Source: Girardia tigrina (taxonomy: Eukaryota). Taken from it: DNA of 57,682 nt. Positions 53,588 to 57,682 of the stretch are shown in pieces. Every line of letters starts with the position of its first letter. The first letter of the stretch is position 1. A program made the translations under genes and the position numbers. The notes beneath the pieces were generated by a model. That model was not told where the DNA came from and searched no databases. It saw nothing but the letters and a program-made list of their open reading frames with translations. The stretch covers positions 1-57,682 of the forward strand of contig MQRK01246496.1 in assembly GCA_001938485.1 (NCBI GenBank), written 5' to 3'.

Positions 53588-54000
53588 TTTGAGGAATATT
53601 TTGAATGTTGATTTGGAATTGTGTCTCTCTTACCCAGATGGATGATTAATATTTTAATTCTTATTATCTAAAAATATGTAATGTTTAAATTTATTTTTAA
53701 TTTAAAATAATTGTAAAATTTTAAATATGTTTATTAATTTTTACAATTTTTAATAAATAAATCAAATTAATGCTTTTTTAAATAATTAATATTTTTTTTA
53801 ATTTTTATCTAATAAGTTTCGAGTAAATATTTAAATAAATAATTTATTTCTCCATTTGCTAAAAAATAATAATAATTAAGTCACTAAATCAATTTAGTTA
53901 GATTGCACTCGTAGGAATAAGCTTTGAAAAAGATTGTATTAAGGACATTAATTGTTGTGTTAATAAAAATATGAAAAGTCAAATTGGTGCTTTTAATGCT
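53588..54000 (+). mobile_element. Solo-LTR-like family X copy just after the hAT stop codon
   Basis: tgaggaatattttgaatgttg..ttgtgtctctcttacccagatggatgatt; right end uncertain. Confidence 0.5.
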
Positions 54001-54099
54001 TATTAATTTATTATAATAAAAACTTTTAAATAGTTTATTTCTTTTGATGTGGTTTACATATTATTGTATTACTATTGTATTACTATATAAAATGTAGTA

Positions 54100-54830
54100 T
54101 AGAAAAAATATGTATGCTATTGGCTCGCAGAACGATTTCAAATTTTAAGTCGGCACTTAGTAAAAGGTTGCCGACGTCTGTACTAGATCGTGTTTTGCGA
54201 CATGCGATAGAAACCGTATTGGGTGACGAAACCTCAAGTCCTTATACCTCATATCTATTTGTCACAAAATTGAAAAATAATTATGAAGAGTTGAAAATGC
54301 AATTTGGCACTCAAGAAAATTATATAACATTACCTGAAACTAACCTTGGTTGGAAAGATGATATGAAATGTTTAGATCATTTATGCAAGAGTATTGTTAT
54401 TATGACGATCATCAACTGTTTCCTTACATAAAGTTTCAAAGTCTATCATGTGGGAGTAATAACAGATAGAATTTACGTGGAATTTTTGCTCCACTGGCTT
54501 TTTTCTACTTTCCGAAACACGAAATTAGAACTTTACAGATTTATGCCGTTTTATAGCAATGCCCCCTGTCAAGTGTGTGGTTTTCAAACCACTCCATAGG
54601 TAACCAGCAACTATGACGTTAAAGCCAGAATTACAACAATACCAAAAGGCTAATAAATGTTTTGATCGGCATTGGAAGAATGAAGAATCCGTCATTTATA
54701 GCGTGGAAGGGAGTAATCGGTGTGCCGAACGCGCGATTCAAATGCTCCAAGAAGTATTTCCGTACACTAAAAGTCAAGAAAAACTCAACAACCGTTTCAT
54801 CATCACTAACAACATGCGATTGAACTGAAT
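54100..54830 (+). pseudogene. Possible Sola2-like transposase remnant
   Basis: SNRCAERAIQML resembles the NDxAERxVK motif; otherwise fragmented. Confidence 0.4.
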
Positions 54831-56400
54831 AATTGAATCCCAAACAATACTTTTTATCTAAATATATCTTGCATTTAACTTTCTTTGTTGATTATGAAGT
54901 ATTGAGCATGCTTTGAAACTTTGTATTGAAACAATGTTGCTTGGGGGGGAAGGTTTTTTTCACGTGGACGTTCTGAATGAGTAAAAAGATAAATTTTGTC
55001 AAAAAATTCATCGTTTGGTCTTATGCAAACATAGGTTAGCCCATGAGAGCGATCTTTGTCAGTCACCAGACATTTTTATCAAAATTTATGATTTTGTTAT
55101 GGTGATTCAAATTTATCAACGTATGGAATCTTGGTTTATTTTAAATTAAAGTTATGTCTTTGGAAAATTTGTGTTCATACTGATTGTTTCTCGATTTTTC
55201 ATTTGATTTTGAAGTTGACTTCATTTGTTGTACTATAACAAATTGTGAAATGGAATCTGTAATTTATTTGTCATATAAAAATTATTTAATGATTATTTGG
55301 TGAATTTAAAAAGTCGAAATTCAAGTGAATTAACTGAGGTTAAAGACGATTTTAAATTAATAAATCTTTATTGTATTAAAGAATAATTTGAGTTGTTTGG
55401 GGTAACTCAGAATCTGCCGTAACAGTTAAAATTTTATTATAGACATCTGTTGATATCTATATAATTATTACTAGGAATTATTAATTTTTGTAAATATATA
55501 AATTAGGACAAATTTTTATAAGTAATAAATAATTTAATTATCAAAATAAATTTTTCTTTTAAATAATATAAAATTTCAAATTTTGGAATGGTGAATTTTG
55601 TTATTCTTGTTAAACAAACAAATATTTCTCATTTGTTGAACTAAATTTTACCAACATTAATTAGTAATAAAAAGATAAATAATTTTTACATTTAAGGGTT
55701 TATTATTTTATAAAATATGTTTGCGATTTAAAATGGGTTTCAATTGATTTACAATGTTGGATCTTTTTATAGTTATTTCCCTTTAAAGTAGATGTTATTT
55801 GATGAATTATTATTTTATTACCACTAAAAAATTATTTTCAATGTAGTCTTTGTACATCTGAGCAAGGTTTTTGTTTTATGAAAATAGAATATTGGAAAAT
55901 ATTCGCAGAATAAATAGCTTACTAAAACAGGGGTTCTCTAAAATTTAAAAGCATACTCGGCAGCCAATTTCCCAGATAACGTCATGTACATAGAACGTAC
56001 CATAATTTCTGTAGACATAATTCAAGAACATAGTTGTTGCGGAAACCGTGCCTCCAAATTATACTGAGAACCACAGAACAGGTTTTGATTAACTTCAATT
56101 CTAATATTCAAATTTTGAATATTTTAAAAAAGAATTCCTCTATTTAAATTGTAGTAATTTTCTTTATTAACATGAATTTCGTTCTCAAAATTGATAACGA
56201 CAGACTCATCATAGAAATCAAATCCGATTATTTTACAATCTCTATAGGCGTCATAATAAATCGAATGACTTTCATCAGATAAATCAAAATTTATTCAATG
56301 CACTTAAAAAATATTTGTCTTCATGTTTTTTCATCGATAAAGTATGACTAATTTTTAAATTAATTTGTTTATCATCTCACGTATTCTAATTCCGAACAAA

Positions 56401-57094
56401 TGAGACAAGTTAGATTTAATTTAGTCATTCAACTATTTTCAAAGTTTATTATAAGGAATCACAAAACTCCGATTCACTCCAACAAATTTATTAAATTGAA
56501 ACGATTTACACATTATAATCCATTCAGCCACGTACACATATTTACTTTTAATTTTTTTTACATTTTCTTGATTTTTTTGCTAATCATTTTAAACAAAAAT
56601 TTTCCTTTAAAGGTCATCAAAATTTTTTATTATTTTAATTTTCCCATTAATTTAGTGTTTCTTTAATTTAATTTTTTCTAATTTTGTTAATTTTTTCATT
56701 TATTTAGCTTTTTTATTTATTAACTTTAATTTAATTAAATAATTTTTTTACTTATCTTATTAAATTTATTTAAATTATCTTAATTATAATTATTTTAAAT
56801 TTTTACCTAACTTAATTTAATTTTTGAATTATATATTTTTTACGAAATTTAATTTATTTATATAATCTTTCCTAAAGTGGCAAAATGTTCGGTCAAACAT
56901 TTAATTTTCCGCTCCAATAGTATTGTAAGAATTATTCATTAAAAAATCGGAACTAGAAGAAATATTTATTTGTTGATTGATTCAAACAACTTCAGGAGTC
57001 TATATAATCATATAATGGATCCTTTATATTTTTATAAATAGAGATATGAATTTAAATATAAATATGTATTGATATTAATTTAATTATCCTAACA
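56401..57094 (-). repeat. Probable 3' LTR of Gypsy C
   Basis: TGTTAGG begins immediately after the polypurine tract aaagaaggggg (57095-57105); left boundary is a guess. Confidence 0.5.
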
Positions 57095-57682
57095 CCCCCT
57101 TCTTTAAAAGGTTTCAGCCATTCTATATTTCTAACTATAACTCTTCCGGTTTTATTTTTCATTTCAACAGATCGATCATGGATTTTCCGTATTATTTCAT
57201 AAGGGTCTTCATAACGGTCTGTTCCTTTCTGTCTATTCTCTATCTTTACTAGAACTAAATCACCTTCCTTATATTCTCGTCTTGGTGTATTTGATTTGCC
57301 TGATTTACTTGCCTCACTTTGTTTAATTTTTTCAATAATCTTTTTGTTGTCTAATTCATAGTGACGAGAGCCATCTAAGGTTAAACGTTTTCCCAGTATA
57401 ACTTCCGCTGGACTTACCCCAGTGGTGCTTTGTCTGGACACATTAATGCTAAATTCAATTTCTGGGAGAATATCAACCCAGTTGGAACCTCCTCTATCTT
57501 TCAGTGTTGCATTCAGTGCATCTCGAATAGTTGGAAATTGACGTTCTATTATGCCGTTTGAATTGTGATGATATGGACTGGAAAAGTGAATTGTAATTAA
57601 CATAGATTTAGCATATTCTTTAAAACTTTTTGACTCGAAGACTTTCCCTCGATCTACATGAATATTTGCGGGTGCTCCAAAT
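57052..57682 (-). mobile_element. Ty3/Gypsy remnant C: integrase core and C-terminus, runs off the window
   Basis: HVDRG, SSPYHHNSNGIIER, TTGVSPAE, EGDLVLVK, then PPT. Confidence 0.9.

Overview
Very AT-rich eukaryotic (invertebrate-like) scaffold with N-gaps. It is almost entirely nested, decayed transposons: mariners, pogo/Tigger, a MULE, hAT elements, piggyBac-type MITEs, Helentron-like non-autonomous elements, a LINE remnant, three Ty3/Gypsy remnants, and Penelope-like 3' ends with minimal hammerhead ribozyme cores. No complete host gene is evident. The standout is a 1,076-bp TGTA...TACA element with a perfect 5-bp target-site duplication, inserted exactly into a Gypsy RT frame. It carries an intact, intronless ORF for a Ly6/three-finger-like protein with signal peptide and GPI-type tail, i.e. 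a candidate LTR-borne cell-surface-protein gene. Also notable: a possible endogenous bunyavirus-like nucleoprotein fragment beside an inverted Penelope pair, and a dispersed solo-LTR-like family with short Cys/Asn-rich ORFs. All family calls are by-eye motif recognition; no searches were run.
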